Shown here: positions 60,711 through 64,000 of the stretch, one piece after another
Position numbering within the stretch: the first letter of the stretch is position 1
Layout: each line of letters opens with the position of its first letter
Assembly (NCBI GenBank): GCA_010093815.1
Contig: ML996569.1
Source: Pseudovirgaria hyperparasitica
Lineage: Eukaryota
DNA length: 64,000 nt
Strand: one strand, 5' to 3'
Translations under genes and position numbers: made by a program
The notes under the pieces: model-generated
Seen by the model: only the letters and a program-made list of their open reading frames with translations
Database searches by the model: none
Told to the model about the DNA's origin: nothing

Positions 60711-63020
60711 ACCGATCATACGAACACACCAAGTTCCTATCCTAGCACAACCGCAGCCATAAGATGACAAGTCTTACTTACCATACCACCGCTCGAAGCC
60801 AAACAAAAGATCTCAATCTTGCCTGGAAGGAGACACATGCTATTCGACGTCAAGGACTCAGACATGTGATGAGAACAGCAAGCGAGGGCCAAGACTGCTA
60901 CAGAGAGAGAACATGAATTCTGCCACGAAAGTCACATATCTTAGCGTGCAGTTGTACCGTCACTGATGCTGAACCGGCAATCAGAATACTTACGCCAAAG
61001 TCGGCTGTGACATGGCGTTACGATATCCTGAATAATGCAAGTATGGTATACTGGACCAGACATCCCACGATAGGAGTTCAAAGTAATAGTAAAGCCTCTG
61101 GGGATCAAAATCGTCGACTGTGTTTGTAGATAGCTGAAGTGGAATTCCGTTCGTCGCTGAGCGTAGTAGACTGATTCACGGGCTCAGGCATAAGTTGGAC
61201 GTGAGCATCATTCTGATGTGGATGCCAGTTCTAGATTCTGGACTAGGGAATTGGCCTGAATACGCAAGGTCTCCGGTGCATGTCTCGTACATGCTTGTGT
61301 TTCGTAGGGTCGATGCTGAGAATGCGTGGAAGGTTTCAAGTGGCACTTGGCGTGCTGTTGCACTGGTCAACGAAACACTGATCGACCGAATGGCTCTGAA
61401 GTTCGAATGAACGCGGAGCTAGATACACCTTTCGGCCAAATGCGTCATAGGTGTAGGATCCACACGCGCAGTGCAGCATATAGCGTCAGCGTTGTGTTTG
61501 AGCAGAACGATGCCACACAATCCAGTCATGTCACAGAACAGACTAGACATGATTGCGTGGAGTATCATATCAACCAAAGACCGAACACTTATAGAAGCGC
61601 ATATAACACGAGCCTGATCTACCCAACAATGGCACCAGTCCTATCCGCAGAGTGCATATCTGCTACGCGAGCCACGAACTGTATCAACGAACAAACACCT
61701 ACGTAATCCGTCGTGTAAACGCACCGATATCTCATGCCGAGATTGTATATATCTCAAGTCTGAAATACAAGAACGTCTCCTTCCCCGCTGTCGTAACCGG
61801 CAAAAGTCTACAGGACACTCCTTCAGAAGATATGCATCGAGCAATATACACGTTAGCCCGTATACAAAACACCAAGCTATACACTGACCGACCATAAAAC
61901 CCAGGGCAGCACTCCACTTCGTCCCTATCTCTCTATATAATCACCTAGACTCGATAGTGTTATCTAGTTCTTGTAAGTGAAGCGGTTTCAGATTATCAAA
62001 GCTGACAAGAGTCTATGACAGAGCCATGCATGGTGTTTAGCAGGTCGTGCAGAGAGAGTAGTATGGATGTATAGAGTATACACTTACTTTAGTTATTATA
62101 TTCTATAGAGTGGGGATAAAGAAGAAGAAGAAGGCGAAGCAAACTATCAGTTAGAGGACGTGGTAGTACTAGTATATCGCATAATGATAGTACGTTGCCT
62201 GGAACTCGTGTCCGGTAGACATGCACATATATCTATAAAAATCTCTCCAAGCCAACTAGCATAAATACTACTCCAAGAGAACATGGAGTACAAGGGTTCC
62301 TAAACAAAACCTCCTATCAAATAAAGGGAAGTAGTCTCCATAACCCTCTTACCAATTAAATCCCTTCACGCATGAATAGGAAGGGGGATTAAAAAACACA
62401 CAAGCCCAGATCCCACCCATACGAGCCACCAGCCCACCCAACGATCCGTGCAAACATAGTCAAGACTGCCGAGTCGGCTCGCGTCCGAGCAGGGATTTCA
62501 AGTATCCGACTAACCTGTTTAGGCAGGAAAGCTAGACTAGGCCATCGCCAGCTCCTAACCCAAACGAGCGCAGTCCACGCCAAGAAATGCTGCTTTCGGA
62601 TTAGTGTCATAGTGCTTAATCCATGTGTTGTCAGTGCACTACTACAGTACCATCATATCACACGCAGAGAGGGAGACACAGAAGATGCATGGAATGAGGC
62701 AAAAATCATGTCAACTTTATGAAATCAAGCAGAGCAGAGCTATCCCCGCCGTCACTTTTAGCTAAAGAAAAGAAATATAAGAATGAAAAGGAGGTGCTTT
62801 TCCACCGCCGCCACCGCCCACTAACCATATAAAACGCCAGGAATAGACAACAAAAAACAGAAAGACTGAACTAGAAGAAAGACATGTACACAGAATCGCC
62901 CCCGTTTCCAGCAACCCAGACTATTCCCCACTCTCGAACAAACCGAAACAGACCCCTTTAATCCCCAATCCCCAATATATACACGAACCCGAAATCCCCC
63001 CAAAAAACCCCCCAAAAGAT

Positions 63021-63999
63021 CTACGACCAAACATCCACACTCCCATACACCCGATGCGCACTCACCACCTCGCGCCTCGCCACCGCCCCGCGCCCACCGC
63101 CATAAACCAACGACCGCTTCCGCAGCGTGCGCGCGGGATGGTCCATCTCCAGACACCCGGGCACCTGCTTCGTCGCGCACAGCGGGGTGAGTTCACGCGT
63201 CGCCATGTCGCAGAAGTAGCCGTCTGTGCCGACGAAATCGGGGCCCCAGGAGGTTGGGGAGAGACACATTTCGGTGGCGTTGTGGGTGGGCGCGCTGGTG
63301 GAGATGACGAGGTGGGAGTCCATCCAGGGGCGGCGGGGGCGGAGGGTGCTTGTTGTGCTTGTGGTGTTGGAAGAGGAGAGAGAGCGTTTGGTGGCTGGTT
63401 TGTCTGGTGTGTGTGTTAGATTGATTGTTTGACAGGAGGGATAAAAGGGGGGAAAGTAAGGACGAAGACATACCCCCGATATCAACCGCCTTGCGCGAGT
63501 AAAGCGTAGCAGAACACTGCCTATTCTGCGCCAGCGTCGACGCCGCACCCACCTCGCCATACGCCTGCACGCCGAACTTCAACGCAGCAGACACAATCCC
63601 ATTCGACGCATCGGCATCCAACCACGTACAGCTCGGCCGCCAATCCCCGCCATCCCTATACCTCCCCGCGATCTGATTCCCGGCATACCACGACTGCCCA
63701 CACTGCTGCCCGATATCCCCATTCCAGGCACCCGCCGCCGCATCAACCTTGTCGAACTGGCGGACGGCGATCCACGAGATGCAGGTTGCGTCGTTGCCGT
63801 TTGCGACGGAGAGGAAGTCGACTTGTTTGCCGGGCTCGGGCTGGGAGAGGACGACTTCGATGACGCCGCCGTCGCCGATGTGGCCGCCTGTGCTGCGGCC
63901 GATGGGCGCGTTGTTGGCGTCGTAGCCCTGGATTGAGACGATTTGGCCGCCGAAGTCGTGGCAGTTGTTGGGGCATTGGAGGCCGGCTTTGATTTGGAC
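63021..63999 (-). CDS. Cys-rich, probably secreted protein of unknown function (5' end outside the window)
   Basis: Frame open from 63999 to 63474 (VQIKAGL...NDATCISWIAV...GAWNGDIGQQCGQSWY...RPSCTWLDAD...), intron GTATGT..CTAAC..CAG 63473-63404, last exon 63403-63021 with ATEMCLSPTSWGPDFVGTDGYFCDMATRELTPLC. Confidence 0.82.
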
Positions 64000-64000
64000 G

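Overview
Eukaryotic, intron-containing DNA from a filamentous ascomycete (Pezizomycotina; typical fungal GT..CTRAC..YAG introns of about 50-70 nt). I reconstructed 17 protein-coding genes by hand: the 3' end of an AROM-derived, QutR/Qa-1S-like protein; a Zn2Cys6 transcription factor; KGD4/YMR31; MED18; polynucleotide kinase/3'-phosphatase; a Pro/Ser-rich conserved protein; a Tcp11-domain IQ protein; two Mid2-like single-pass sensors plus a third, C-terminally decayed one; an expansin-like DPBB protein; a large membrane glycoprotein; a PQ-loop transporter; three secreted proteins of unknown function; a disordered/coiled-coil protein; and an Ecl1-family protein. There is also a 516-bp MITE with RIP-type decay, and several microsatellites. 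No tRNA, rRNA, CRISPR array or autonomous transposon was recognised. The best leads for something undescribed are (i) the PNK gene, whose four unusually long introns contain inverted repeats (in three the 3' arm ends just before the branch point) and which also has a GC-AG intron, (ii) the MITE carrying a CACGTG tandem array, and (iii) a 28-47 kb neighbourhood enriched in cell-surface genes. All family assignments come from motif recognition by eye, not database searches. I cannot claim a confirmed novel system.
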